From: Mobula hypostoma
Lineage: Eukaryota
Length of the DNA: 64,000 nt
Assembly (NCBI RefSeq): GCF_963921235.1
Contig: NC_086097.1
Span: 125,242,001 to 125,306,000, forward strand
Direction of reading: 5' to 3'
Shown here in pieces: positions 1 to 12,520 of this stretch; the first letter of the stretch is position 1, and each line of letters starts with the position of its first letter. Under the pieces are notes generated by a model, which saw only the letters and a list, made by a program, of their open reading frames with translations, made no database searches and had not been told where the DNA came from. A program made the translations under genes and the position numbers.

Positions 1-953
1 TCTTTGCATGTTAGCGTTACACCTATGAGAAATTATCAGTTCCACACAATTAGTTCCATTGATTTTGACAAGTGCATCCCATTGACAAACATAGAATATT
101 ACAGCACAGTACAGGCCCTTTGGCCCACAATGTTGTGCTAGCCTGTTAATCCACACTAAGATCAATCCAACCTCTCCTGTCCACAGTGATCTCTATTTTT
201 CTATCATCCATGTGCCACAGGCAATCATACCGTGAAATGTGTTATTTGTGCCAATGATCCACACAGTCCAAGGATTGCGTTAGGAGCTGCCTGCAAGTGT
301 CGTACTTCCAGCATCAACATAGCATGCCCACAACTCCCTAACCTTAACCCATGTGACCTTGGAATGTGGGAGGAAACCGGAGCACCTGGAGGAAACCTAT
401 GCAGATACAGGGAGAATGCACAAACTCCTTACAGACGGTGGTTGGAATTGAACCCCGATCTTACAGCTGGTGCTGTCCTAGTTAGGTCCAAGGAGTATGG
501 CAAAAATGAAAGATCGGGGTTCAAATGCTTTTTTATCACCACTACACTTTAATCAAGTAATTATAATTGAACATGGACGTACACCACCTCATCATCCTCT
601 GAGATTCTATCAACAACTGATGTCACTTGCTAATTTATAGGAGGCATTTGAGCTCTGCTTAGTTACACTGTCATACAAGTCATATAAGCTACTGAAATTT
701 GAACTCCACTCTATATTCCTGATTCCTTGACTCCTGATGAAGGATCTTAGCCTGTAATGTCAACTGTTTATTCCCCTCCATAGATGCTGCCTGACCTGCT
801 AAGTTCCTCCAGCAATTTATATCGGTTGCTCCGGATTTCCTGCATCTGCAGAATCTCTTCTGTTTTAGTGGTAATTGAAAGTAATTTACTTTGGATTAAT
901 TTTGGAAGTACATTTTCTGATAACTTGTTTTTGTCTCTCTCTTGTCTTATTAG

Positions 954-1368
954 AAATTGCCTCACGTCATCTGATAATCAGAGCAACCTGGAGGTTCAAG
1001 ATAATCGGGTGCAAGTTCTGAAGTCCCTCCCAGTGAATCTGTCGTTGCACCCAGAGCACGTGGACGTTTCAAAGAGAGAGAATTATGGTGCGAGTCTGGC
1101 TGAGAACATGCCCGTGTCAGTGGCAGGAGTGGCTGTGGTCAGCATCAAGACAGAGAGTTACCCAACCAGCTACCCGGGAGCAGCGAACCCCAACGTGCAC
1201 TACAGTAGAGCTGAGAGCGACGAACAGAGAGGGGTGATTTTTGAACAGAGCCTCAGCAGCAACCAATATGAAGTGCTCACCGTTACACACACCAACTACC
1301 TCAAGGATGACCAGCGAAGCACACCTGACAGCAGCTACAGTGAATCTTTCAAGGAAGGAGCTGCTGAA
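954..1368 (+). CDS. GRHL2: GRHL2 internal coding exon (probably equivalent to mammalian exon 4), N-terminal region
   Basis: Acceptor ttgtcttattAG at 952-953 and donor GTgagt at 1369. Translates (R)NCLTSSDNQSNLEVQDNRVQVLKSLPVNLSL...EQRGVIFEQ...YLKDDQRSTPDSSYSESFKEGAAE, which matches recalled GRHL2 motifs (ENRVQVLKTVPVNLSL, YLKDDQRSTPDSTYSESFK). 415 nt, ends in phase 0. Confidence 0.95.
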
Positions 1369-1626
1369 GTGAGTTCTAATTTATTTACTTTTATTTAGAG
1401 ATGCAGCACGGTAACAGGACCTTCTGGCCCAATGAGCCCGCAATACCGAATTACGTCAAGTCAGAATGAGAATCAGGTGTATTGTCACAGACATACGTCA
1501 TGAAATTTATTGTTTTGCAGCAGCAGTACAGGGCAATATATTAAAATATGCTGTAACTTATTAGAAATATATACTGTATTATATATTATATATTTTATAT
1601 AAGTCACAGAATATTTTATGTATTTA

Positions 1627-2153
1627 CACTCAGTGGCCGCTCTATTTCATACACCTACACACCTGCTCATTAATGCAAATATCTAGTCAGCCAATCATGT
1701 GGCAGCAACTCAATGCATAAAAGCATGCAGACATGGTCAAGAGGTTCAGTTGCTTTTCAGACCAAAATTCAGAATGGGGAAGAAATGTGATCAAAGTGGC
1801 TGACTGTGGAATAACTGTTGGGTGGTTTGAGCATCTCAGAAACTGCTGAGCTCCTGGGATTTTCATGCACAACAGTCTCTAGAGTTTACAGAGAGTGATG
1901 TGAAAAACATAAAATATCCAGTTGAGCAGCAGTTCTGTGGGCAAAAAACACCTTCTTAGTGAGAGAAGTTAGAGGAAAATGGCCAGACTGGTTGAAACTG
2001 ACAGGAAAGGTGGCAGCAACTCAAATAACCACGTCTTACAGCAGAAGAGCGTCCCTGAACACACACACTTCGAGCCTTGAAGTGGATGGGCTGCAGCAGC
2101 AGAAGGACCGCACCAGGTTCCACTCCTGTATCTGATAAAGTGCCCACTGACTG
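1627..2153 (+). mobile_element. Non-autonomous Tc1-like element (MITE)
   Basis: TA-flanked TIRs cactcagtggcc... and ...gataaagtgcccactgactg. Internal decayed Tc1 transposase N-terminus (atggggaagaaatgtgat = MGKKCD). Confidence 0.8.
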
Positions 2154-3534
2154 TACTTCATGAAATTCCTTGCAGCAGCAATACAGTGCAATATATGGAA
2201 TATATTATAAATTATAAGAAATATATATATATAGTACAGTTTGAGAATCCCTTATCTGAAATGCTTAAAACTAGAAGTATTTCAGATTTCAGGTTTTTCC
2301 AGATTTTGGAATATATAACGAGATAGGTTGGGATCACCAACATTTCCGACCATGAATTTATGTACCAACTTTAAGCAGTCTTTGTCTTGCACTTGTTCAT
2401 CACATATACAGTATGTACTGATGCAGCCATTCAGCATGTTAGATTTTCACCAGCGACCATCTTGGCAACCTCATCAATGAAATGCTCTGCTGCTTCATGA
2501 TCAGCAGGTGCTTTATCACCACAAGTCTTTAAAAATTGAATGCTCTGCCTTTTTAAAAATTTCTGCAACCAGCTTGCTGAATATTCACAATTACCTTCAA
2601 TTTTCAGTTCATCGTAATATACCTTTGCTTGTTTTGTGATTGGCATACCTTTAAGTGGCACATGTTCACCCTGCTGCAGCTGAATCCACTCTTTCAATAC
2701 ACAATGGAGATCTTCATTTCTCACTTCATCTCAGGGTACGTCCACACTACGCCAGATAATTTTGAAAACGAAGCCTTTTCTCTTCGTTTTGATCTTCGGC
2801 GTTTTCAACCCCCGAAAACGGAGATTTTCAGAAACAGTCTCCAGAGTGAATAAATCTGAAAATGCCAAATATCCGTTGTAGTGTGTACGGGGTAAACGGA
2901 GAGATTTAAAAATGCTGTCATGACAACACCACAACAATAATGCTTTTTCTGCTTCTGCTTGGTACTGCGCAAGCACTGCCGTACGGCTGTTATAACGCGC
3001 AGTCGGTGTGAACGGCGTGAGAGTTAAATTGTGAAGTGAGCTTTTTTGACTATTTAAAACCACTGTCATGGCGTGCTGGAACAGACAGTGGCAGCGCCAC
3101 ATTTCATTGTTTTCTTCTTATTATTCTTCTTCTTATTATTACTACTTTATTGTCGCCAAAGCATTGATACTAGAGTGTGCAATTATGACAGCAATATTTG
3201 ATTCTGCGCTTCGCAGAACCTAACAATTTCAGAACAGACAGCAATGAGACTGAAGCCAGAAGAGTTAGAAGTGTACTCACCAAATACTTTGACCCATAGC
3301 TTACTGAATAAATAAGTATACTCACTTTGCCCTGTTTTCTGTCCTTGCTTGTCTGAAGATGGTTTACCTATTTATGCAAGTACTTCTCTGACAATAGATG
3401 TGTAACAGCCTAATGTAACATTGTATGGAAATACAAAAACACGAGGAATTCTGCAGATGCTGGAAATTCAAGCAACACACATCAAAGTTGCTGGTGAACG
3501 CAGCAGGCCAGGCAGCATCTCTAGGAAGAGGTAC

Positions 3535-3570
3535 AGTCGACGTTTCGGGCCGAGACCCTTCGTCAGGACT
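3535..3570 (-). ncRNA. Minimal type I hammerhead ribozyme motif (PLE-associated), intact
   Basis: Reverse complement reads AGUC CUGACGA A GGGU CUCG GCCC GAAA CGUC GACU: both core boxes, stem II, palindromic ACGU stem III, GUC cleavage triplet and helix I AGUC/GACU. Confidence 0.8.
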
Positions 3571-4633
3571 AACTGAAGGGAGATTTGAAAGTGGGAGGGG
3601 GAGGGGGAGATCCAAAATGATAGGAGAAGACAGGAGGGGGAGGGATGAAGCCAAGAGCTGGACAGGTGATTGGCAAAAGGGATATGAGAGGATCATGGGA
3701 CAGGAGGCCCAGGGAGAAGGAAAAAGGGGGAGGGGGGAAAATAACCCAGAGGATGGGCAAGGGGTATAGTCAGAGGGACAGAGGGAGAAAAAGGAGAGAG
3801 GGAGAGAAACAATGTGTGTATATAGATAAATAACAGATGGGGTACGAGGGGGGAGGTGGGGCATTGTGGAAGTTAGAGAAGTCAATGTTCATGCCATCAG
3901 GTTGGAGGCTACCCAGACGGAATATAAGGTGTTGTTCCTCCAAACTGAGTGTGGCTACACTTACACTTCCTCCCTTACCACCATTCAGGGCCCCAGACAG
4001 TCCTTCCAGGTGAGGTGACACTTCACCTGTGAGTCGGCTGGGGTGATATACTGCGTCCGGTGCTCCCGATGTGGCCTTCTATATATTGGTGAGACCCGAC
4101 GCAGACTGGGAGATTGTTTTGCTGAACATCTACACTCTGTCTGCCAGAGAAAGCAGGATCTCCCAGTGGCCACTCATTTTAATTCCACGTCCCATTCCCA
4201 TTCTGATATGTCTATCCATGGCCTCCTCTACTGTAAAGATGAAGCCACACTTGGGTTGGAGGAACAACACCTGATATTCCGTCTGGGTAGCCTCCAACCT
4301 GATGGCATGAACATCGACTTCCCTAACTTCCGCCTATGCCCCACCGCCCCCTCGTAACCCATCCGTTATATATTTATATACACACATTCTTTCTCTCTCT
4401 CTCCTTTTTCTCCCTCTGTCCCTCAGACTATACTCCTTGCCCATCCTCTGGGTTTCCCGCGCCCCCCCCCTTCCTTCTCCCTGGACCTCCTGTCCCATGA
4501 TCCTCTCATTTCCCTTTTGCCAATCACCTGTCCAGCTCTTGGCTCCATCCCTCCTCCTCCTGTCTTCTCCTATCATTTTGGATCTCCCCCTCCCCTCCCA
4601 CTTTCAAATCTCTTACTAACTCTTCGTTCAGTT

Positions 4634-4669
4634 AGTCCTGACGAAGGGTCTCGGCCTGAAATGTCGACT
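4634..4669 (+). ncRNA. Minimal hammerhead ribozyme motif (PLE-associated)
   Basis: agtc ctgacga a gggtctcggcct gaaa tgtc gact. Core intact, with a C>T change in stem III. Confidence 0.7.
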
Positions 4670-5724
4670 GTACCTCTTCCTAGAGATGCCGCCTGGCCTG
4701 CTGTGTTCACCAGCAACTTTGTTGGAAATACAAGATAACACTGATGCAGACATATTTTATACATTTAACAAGGTGCTTTATTAATGCAACAGAGTTAGTC
4801 AGTTTTTCAATGTTCGTCGTCAGCCGGGTCATACTGTCCGTGAACTCCCTGTCTGTTGCGTCCATACGCTCCAGTATTTGTCTTTTTTTCAGTTTTAAGT
4901 CCTCCTGCGTGAGAGCCAAGAGCAATTCCTTTTAAGTTTTTCTGCTCTGTAACTGGACAAACGCGCACCAAGTATATTGTTTCCTCTTTGCTTGTTTTCT
5001 GTGTGTCCTGCGCGTGCCCAGTAGGAGGAGATTCGCCCAAATATCCACCTAATGTGGACAGAGATATTTTGAAAAATGCTTAGTGTGGACGCCTGTCGTT
5101 TTTACTCAAAACCGGCGTTTTCAAAATTATCCGGCGTAGTGTGGACGTAGCCTCAGAACTAACAGTCTGTGATGCGCAGAGGCCTGTACACTGCCTGGGA
5201 ATCTTCCCAGTGCCTTTTGGAGTTTTCCATTTGTGACATCACCTCAGCGCTCAAACAAAATGTCAGATTTTGGAGGTTTGGATAAGGGGTACTCAACCAG
5301 TACATAAAAATTAAACGTAGTATTGTCGTGATCACTCAAGTCGAGTATGATGTTCTCCTAAGGGGTTGTCTGTTGGTGGGTCTTTTGGTGGCTGTAGAGG
5401 CCAATCTGGGATCCACATGTTCCGTTGTAGTGTAGACAAGGATAAATGGTGGCTATGGTTAGTGGTGGGCCTTATGGTTGTTCAGTCTCTCCTTTTGCAG
5501 CTGCCACTTGCTCTTTGCGAAGCAGCATGGGTCGCTCTCATGTGGCTCAGTTTCATCTTGAACAGATTTCCTCCAGGTCTATCTGTTAACCAGGATCCAC
5601 TATCAGTGGGGCAAGAGGAGAGCAAAATATCGAGGTGGCGTTCATGGATTCATGGACTGTCTTATGCTTTTGTCAGAAGGCTAGCTTCTGAATCAATTGA
5701 ACAGTATATGGGATATAACTGTTT

Positions 5725-6410
5725 AGGTGAGGCGACACTTCACCTGTGAGTCTGTCAGGGTTGTCTAATGTATCTGGTACTCCTGCTGCAGCATGCTGTA
5801 CCTGAATGAGACCCAATGTAGATTGGGGTCCACTTGGTCGAACACCCTGCCTCCATCTGCCGCAAGAGGTTGACTTTGTTAGTGGTCATTCATTTCAATA
5901 TGACTTTACATTTTCATTGCGATATATCGGTCCATGGCCTCCTCCATTATCACGATGAGGCCACTCTCTGATTGGAGGAGCAACACCTCTTATTCTGTCT
6001 GGTTAGCCTCCAAACTGAAGGCGTAAACATTAATTGCTCAAACTCCAGCCTCCCTCTCTCTCTTTTTCCCCATTCTGGCTCCCATCTTACCCCTTCTCTT
6101 CTCCTCACTTACCCTTTTCCTTCCCTTTTTCCAATGGGCCACTCTCTTCTCCCATCAGATCCCTTATTCTTCAGCTCTTTACCTCTTCCACCTATCACCT
6201 TCCATCTTCTTACTTCATCACCCTCTTCCCCCTTACCTGGTCTCACCTATCACCTGCCAGCTTGCACTTTCCCCCTCCCCTCACCACCTTATTTTGGCTT
6301 CTTCCCCTTTCCTCTCCAGGTCTGATGAAGGATTTCGGCCCATAACAATGACCGTTTATTCCTCTGCATAGATGCTGCCTAACTAGCTGAGATCCCCCAG
6401 TATTATGTCT
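5725..6410 (+). mobile_element. Decayed Penelope-like element 3' fragment
   Basis: Degenerate match to 4005-4720 (ggtgaggcgacacttcacctgtgagtc..., ttggaggagcaacacc..., pyrimidine-rich tract). Decayed hammerhead at ~6318-6353. Confidence 0.75.
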
Positions 6411-7214
6411 GTGTCCCTAAGTGTTCATTCTCCTAATGTCTACCCATTATACAATCCCTTGGTCAGTTGGACAATTGCTGATTTAATGATTGCATTTCAA
6501 GTACTCATCAGTATTAACACTGAATAGGCCATTGGGTTTACTCTCAGTTCTATGCTTGTTTGAAGTTTTGGCTCTGTGAACTGGGTAATTGGTTTTTTTT
6601 GTAATTTATTTTTTATTGAAGTTCTAATTGTACCATGATTTTTGGAATTGTCCTTCACATTCCCAGCAAGGAGACTTCCTGAGTAATGTGAATTATTACA
6701 AGCCCAGCTGAAGACAGCGAGCAAATGTTAACCTATAAAGAAAGCTGTTCATAGCTGTGTGGACATGTAAACATTTAGTTGTGTGCACTAGGTGATTCTG
6801 ATAACTTGTAAACTGAAGCTTTCCCTCTGTTTATCCACTCCCTGAAAAGCAGCCAACGTCCGTTGGTTTGGAGGGCACATCTAGGAGGTACAGCTGCTCC
6901 CAGAATGGAAACTGCCCATCTTGGAGACAAATGGTTGCTGGCCCCTGTTTGTATAGGAATATGCACTTAGCAAATTCATGGCCTCTTTGATACAAAGTGA
7001 TCTTCAGTATGGTATGTAAGAAAGGCTTGTAACAGTCGACTGGGAAATCAAACTGAACTGGGAGGCTTGAAATCTGTATAACAAAATGGAGCAATATGGT
7101 TAAAAATTGGTGTAGCCCAGGAGTTTTGTGTGCTTGTGGGGTTCTTAAAGCCCTTCAAGAGATCTGGCACAAAGGAATCTTTGTTTGCTGGCATTCAACT
7201 CTCCTGAAAACTAT

Positions 7215-9387
7215 GTCTTAATTCAGCCCATTTTGTCCATGCCAACCTGGTCAACTGCCTAGTCCCATTTATCTGCACCCAAACCATAACCCTCCATGAC
7301 TCTCTTAAAATGTGTACCAATCCAAACTTCTCTTCAGTGTTGCAATCGAACCCACGTGCATCACTTCCACTGGTAACTTGTTCCATTCTCTCACCACCTC
7401 TGAGTCAAAAAGTTCCCACGCAGGTTTCCCTAAAACGTTTCATCTTTCACCCTTAACCCAAGACCTCTGGTTCCAGTCTCATCCAAACTCAGTTGAAAGA
7501 GTCTGCTTGTATTTTCTCCTAAACATACCTGTCACAATTTTGCATACCTTTATCAAATCTCCCTTCATTCTTCTACGGTCTAGAGATTAAAGCCCTAACC
7601 TATTCAACCTTTTTGTATAACTCAAGTCCTGAAGTCCTAGCAACATCCTTCTAAGTTTTCTGTGCACTCTTTCAATCTTACTTATATCTTTCCTGTGGGT
7701 AGCTGATCAAAACTGCACACAGTTCTCCAAATTAGGCCTTACCAGCGTCTTGTACAACTTCAACATAATAAACTAACTCCTGTACTCAGTATTTGATTTA
7801 TGAAAGTACTGTGCCAATGTGCCAAAAGCTTTCTTTACTACCTGTGATGCCACATTCAAGGAATTATGGTTCTGCATTCCCTGATCTCTCTATTCTAACG
7901 CACTCACCGTGCAAGTACTACCCAGGTTTGTCTTCCCAAAGTGCAACACCTCACACTTGTCTGCATTAAATTCCATCTACCATTTTTAGCCTATTTTTCG
8001 AACTGTTCTGGATCCCTCTGCAAGCATTGATAGCCTTCCTCACTATCCATTATGCCCCCAATCTTGGTGTCTTCTGCAAATTTGCTGATCCCATTTACTA
8101 CATTATCATCCAGATTGTTGACATAGATGGCAAACAACAATGGACCCAGCACTGGTCCCTGCAGCACATGACTAGTCACAGGCTCCAGTCAGAGAGGCAC
8201 CATCTACTACCATTGACTGGCTTCCTCCAAGAAGCCAACGTCCAATCCAATTCACTATCTTATCTTGAATGCCAAGTGTCTGAACTTCCTTGACAAACCT
8301 CCCTTGCAGGACCTTGTCAAAGACCTTACTAAAGTCCATGTAGACAACATGCTCTGCCTTGCTTTCATCAACTTTCTTGGTAACCTCCTTGTAAAACTCT
8401 ATAAGATTGGTTAGATACAACCTACCATGCGCAAACCCATATTGACTATCCCTAATCAGTTCCTGTCTATCCAAATACTTATGTATCTGGCCCCTTAGAA
8501 TACCTCCCAATAACTTTTCCATGACTGATGTCAGGCTCACTAGCCTATAAATTCCAAGCTTATTCTTAGAGCGTTTTTTAAACAAAGGAACACTAATCCT
8601 CCTCTAACCCTCTGGTACCTCACCTGCAGCAAAGGACGTTTTAAGTACCTCTGCCAGGGCCCCTGCAAATTCTGCACTAGCCTCCTACAAGGTCAGATGG
8701 GACACCTTGTCAGGCTGTGGGGAGTTATCTGCCTTAAGTTACCTTAAGAGAGCAAACACCTCTTCCTCTGTACCCTGAATAGGGTCCGTGACCTCACTTC
8801 TACTCTGTGTCTGTCTCCCAGTAAGTACAAACACAAAAAATCCATTTAAGATCTTCCCCATCTCTTTCAGCTCTGTGCATAGATGACCAGTTTGATCTTC
8901 TAAGGGACCAATTTTGTCCATCGCTATCCTTTTGCTCTTAACATATCAGTAGAACTCCTTAGGATTCTCCTCACCTTGCTTGCTACAGCAACTTCTATCA
9001 TTCTTTTAGCTCTCCTGATTTCCTTCTAAGGTGGTCTCTTGAATTATTTAAAAACATTCCTCAAGTATCTCATTTGCTCCTTCCTTCCTGTACCTGCTAT
9101 GCACCTCTTTCTTCTTAACCAGGGCCTCAATATCTCTTGAAAACCAAGGGGCACTTGACCTGTTATCCTTGCCTTTTATTCTGATAGGAACATACAAGCT
9201 CTGTACTGTCAAAATTTCACTTCTGAATGCCACTCACTTACCAAGTTCACCTTTGCCAGAAAACAATCTGTCCCAATCCACACTTGCCTGATCCTTCCTG
9301 ACACCATCAAAATGGACCTTTCTCCAATTTAGAATCTCAACATGAGGACCAGGCCTATCCTTTGCCATAATTATCTTGAAACTCATG
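7215..9387 (-). mobile_element. CR1-like LINE fragment (RT region and 3' end), decayed
   Basis: Minus-strand ORF remnants YRLVSLTSV, SQYGF, VVYMDFSKVFDKV, QGPVLGPLLF, SKFAEDTKIGG; multiple stops and frameshifts. Confidence 0.88.
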
Positions 9388-9620
9388 AGTGAGGGAAAGG
9401 AGTACAAACAGGAAGGTGATAGGTGAAGCCAGGTTAGGGGGAGGGGATGAAGTGAGAAACTGGAAGGCGATAGGTGGAAAAGGTAAAGGACTGAAGAAGA
9501 AGGAATCAAATAGGCGAGGAGAGTGGACTATGGGAGAAAGGAAGGTCTCCTGATGAAGGGTCTTGACCCGAAATGTTGACTGCTTACACACTGTAGGTGC
9601 AGCTTTCCCTGCTGAGTTCC
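9388..9620. mobile_element. PLE-derived inverted two-part insert with hammerhead core at ~9546-9581(+)
   Basis: Purine-rich antisense PLE tail followed by ctgatgaagggtcttgacccgaaatgttgact. Confidence 0.65.
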
Positions 9621-9627
9621 CATATAC

Positions 9628-9707
9628 CAGGGGTTCCCAACCTGGGGTCCATGGATCTCTTGCTTAAATGTATTGGTCCATGGCATAAAAAAAGTTGGGA
9701 ACCGCTG
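9628..9707. mobile_element. 80-bp hAT-like MITE
   Basis: TIRs caggggttcccaac and gttgggaaccgctg. An 8-bp TSD is not recognisable. Confidence 0.6.
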
Positions 9708-9744
9708 CTCTGCACAAATTTCTGTCTCACTCCCTGATAGATCT

Positions 9745-10545
9745 GATGCAGGGAAGGGTATGGTCATACACTTTGGTAGAAGAAATAAAGGTATGGACTA
9801 TTTTCTAAATGGGGAGAAACTCAGAAATCAAAGGTGCAAAGGGACTTGGGAGTCCTCATGCAGAATTCCCTAAAGATTAACTAGCAGGTTGAGTCATTGG
9901 TAAGGAAGGCAAATGCAATGTTAGCATTCATTTCAAGAGGTCTAGAATATATGTAAAGGCAAGGAGGCAGTGCTGAGGCTTTATAAGGCATTAGTCAGAC
10001 CACACTGGGAGTCTTGTGAGTAGTTTTTGACCCTTATCTAAGAAACGATGTGCAAGGATTGGAGAGGGTCCAGAAGAGATTCGTGAGAATGGTCCAGGAA
10101 GGAAAGGGTTAATGTATGTGAAGTGCTTGGTGGCTCACTGGGGTTTAGAAGATTGAGGGGGGATCTCATTGAACCCTTTCTAATATTGAAAGACCAAGAT
10201 GTAGTTGATGTGGAGGGGATGTTGCCCATAGTAAGTGACTGTAGGACTAGAGGGCAAAGCCTTAGAATACAAGGACACCCCTTTAGAACAGAGATATAGA
10301 GGAATTTCTTTAGCCGGAGGGAGTTGAATCTGTGGAATTCATTGCCACAGCTGGATGTTAAGGCCAAATCACTGGGTATATTTAAAGTGATGGTTGGATT
10401 ATTCAGAGTGTCAATGGTTACGGAGAGAATGCAGGAGACTGGGGTTGAGAGGGAAAATAAATCAGCCATGATGGAATGGTGGAGTGGACTCGATGGGCCA
10501 AATGACCTAATTCTGACCTATGTTTTATGGTCTAATGGTTTATAG
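9745..10545 (+). mobile_element. CR1-like LINE 3' fragment
   Basis: Remnants VIHFGRRNK and NLWNSLP; ends in a typical CR1 tail (gatgggccaaatgacctaattctg...tatggtct). Confidence 0.8.
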
Positions 10546-10704
10546 CCTTTTTATAAGGACATAATATACATTTATAGACCTATCTGCCCTTGGAAAAGAG
10601 CTTCTATTTTTTGCAGTCACTGATTTAACACATGCACAGTGCATCTTGTATTAAAGTTTAATCAGGAATCCAGGCAGCCAGAAGCCCAGCAGTGCTGATA
10701 GTTT

Positions 10705-11160
10705 CCAAAGCCACACAGACAAAATGCAGGATTAACTCAGCAGGTCTGGCAGCATCTGTGGAGAGGAATAAACAACCAACATTTTGGCCTGGACCCTCCA
10801 TCAGGAGTGGAAAGGAAGGGGGAAGGAGCCAGGATAAGGTGGGGGGAGAGAAAGGAATACAAGCTAGAAGGTGATAGGTGAAGCCAGGTTAGGGGGAGGG
10901 TGGGGGAAGTGAGAAACTGGAAGGCGATAGGTGGAAAAAGGTAAAGGGCTGAATAAGAAGGAATCAAATAGGCGAGAAGAATGGACCAGGGAGAAAGGGA
11001 AGGAGGAGGGGCAGGTGAGGAGAGGGGAAGGACTCCTGATGAAGGGTCTGGGCCCGAAATGTCAACTGTTTACATAGATGCTGCTTGACCTGTTGTGTTC
11101 CTCCAGCATTTTGTGTGCATTGCTCTGGATTACCAGCATCTGCAGAATCTCTTGTGTTCA
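10705..11160. mobile_element. PLE-derived inverted two-part insert with hammerhead core at ~11032-11067(+)
   Basis: Antisense module at 10705-11030, then ctgatgaagggtctgggcccgaaatgtcaact...agatgctg...ccagcatctgcagaatctc. Confidence 0.7.
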
Positions 11161-11904
11161 TGTCTATGATCGTCTTCAGCCAGTTTACATTCAGAATTCT
11201 CACCTGCTAGTCACCGGGTGACGGCTGAAACGTAAGCTCATCTGTAGCTTGCTCATAGGTTGTTTTAAGAGACCTGTGGGAAGGACTATTATTAATTGAA
11301 TTTATTTTAGAACACTGAGTAATCTTCCACTAGTGTACTAATTTGTAATCATTTAAGATGTTTAGATAAATAAAGGTATATCTTACTCTATGCTTTAGCA
11401 CATTTATAATTTTAAAAACCTGTAAATGACAAAGTTTTATAGTTGTAAAACGCTCCTATATAACTATGGCATTTAATATTATATTATATGTTGGATTTAA
11501 AGATGTGCATTCTTGCACTCTTCTCCTGAGGCTGGGCTTGGTAGATCAGCTACATGTATGTTGGGGCTCACTGGTGATCAACACGTGAGGAGCTGGCGAG
11601 TGTGAACTATGGACAGCCTTCGGCATGTGGGAAGAACAGCTGCATTCAAGTTAGGATTAGGGTTTGATTGTTGGTGGAACAGGCTTTGACCCAAGGATTT
11701 GGATAGTTTTTCACTTATTTGCAAGGTGTCCCAAGTCAGAGGCATGTTGGATTAAGACCATTTTGTCCAGTATAGGTGAATCAAAGACAATGTGGAAAAC
11801 AGGAATGTTGCATAGGGGACAACACGATCTTCTGTATTTCCTCACATGGGAACTGCTTTTAGCAGTCAGTAAAATCCCGTCTTCCCCAGAACATACCCAG
11901 AATC

Positions 11905-12520
11905 ATATGACATCACTGACATATGTTGTGTAATAGGTTATTTTGTAGCAGCAGAACAGTCAATATATAATAATAAAAAGCTACAAATTACAATAAGAAA
12001 TATATATAAAAAGTTAAATTAAATAAGTAGAGCAAAAAAGAAAAAAAAGTACTGAGGTAGTGTACATGTGCTTATTGTCCATTCAGAAATCTGAAGGTGG
12101 ACCGTGTGTCTTTGGGCTCCTATACCTTCTCCTGATGGTAGCAATGAGAAGAGGGCATGTCCTGGGTAATAGGGACCTTAAATGCAGACTTTTTGAGGTG
12201 TCGCCCTTTGAAGGTGTCCTCGATGCAGGAGAGGCTAGTATCCATGATGGACCTGGCAGTGTTTTCAACTTTCTGCAGCTTTTTTTCAATCCTGTGCAGT
12301 CGCCCCTCCATACCAGACAGTAATTCAACCAGTTAGAACGCTGTCCATGGTCCAACTGTAGAAATTTGGGAGAGTCCTCAAACTCCTAATGAAATATAGC
12401 CACTGCCTTGTCTTCTTTGTAATTGCATCAATATGTTGGGCTGGGAATAGATCCTCAGAGATCTTGACACCCAGGAGCTTGAATCTGCTCACTGTTTGCA
12501 CTGCTGATCCCTCGATGATT
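11905..12520 (-). mobile_element. Rex1/Babar-like LINE 3' fragment
   Basis: Minus-strand remnants KKLQKVENTARSIM and RRRYRS. Similar to other copies at 27430, 39510, 44495 and 61170. Confidence 0.65.

Larger units (their letters stand above)
3437..4722 (+). mobile_element. Penelope-like element 3' fragment with inverted terminal copy
   Basis: ORF 4043-4357 is a GIY-YIG endonuclease (IYCVRCSRCGLLYIGETRRRLGDCFAEH...VATHFN...GMN). An inverted copy of the 3' end occupies 3437-3957. 11-bp TSD tggaaatacaa at 3426-3436 and 4723-4733. Confidence 0.88.
2734..5152. mobile_element. PIF/Harbinger-like non-autonomous element inserted in the Tigger element
   Basis: ~37-bp near-perfect TIRs (gggtacgtccacactacgccagataattttgaaaacg and cgttttcaaaattatccggcgtagtgtggacgtagcc). 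3-bp TSD TCA at 2731-2733 and 5153-5155. Coiled-coil-like ORF remnant at 4707-4925(-). Confidence 0.8.
2237..5300 (-). mobile_element. Tigger/pogo-family DNA transposon remnant (outer element of a nested stack)
   Basis: TA-flanked TIRs cagtttgagaatcccttatc and gataaggggtactcaaccag. ORF 2431-2724(-) encodes a CENP-B-type HTH (DLHCVLKEW...KQAKVYYDELKI...SASWLQKFLKR). Confidence 0.85.

Noticed and set aside
784..953. N-terminal part of ORF 784-1398 as real coding sequence
   Set aside because: It is a PLE-derived repeat plus polypyrimidine tract upstream of the splice acceptor. Only 954-1368 is exonic.
3364..3885. Long Pro/Ser/Leu-rich ORFs (also 5972-6325, 21867-22220, 24456-25051, 52123-52449) and recurrent 'DAAWPAEFLQH / SPDEGSRPETST' peptides
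   Set aside because: They are translations of the non-coding PLE 3' tract and hammerhead module, which are poor in stop codons. They are not genes.
4043..4357. Functional stand-alone GIY-YIG nuclease gene
   Set aside because: It is a 5'-truncated PLE fragment with no RT and no true start context.
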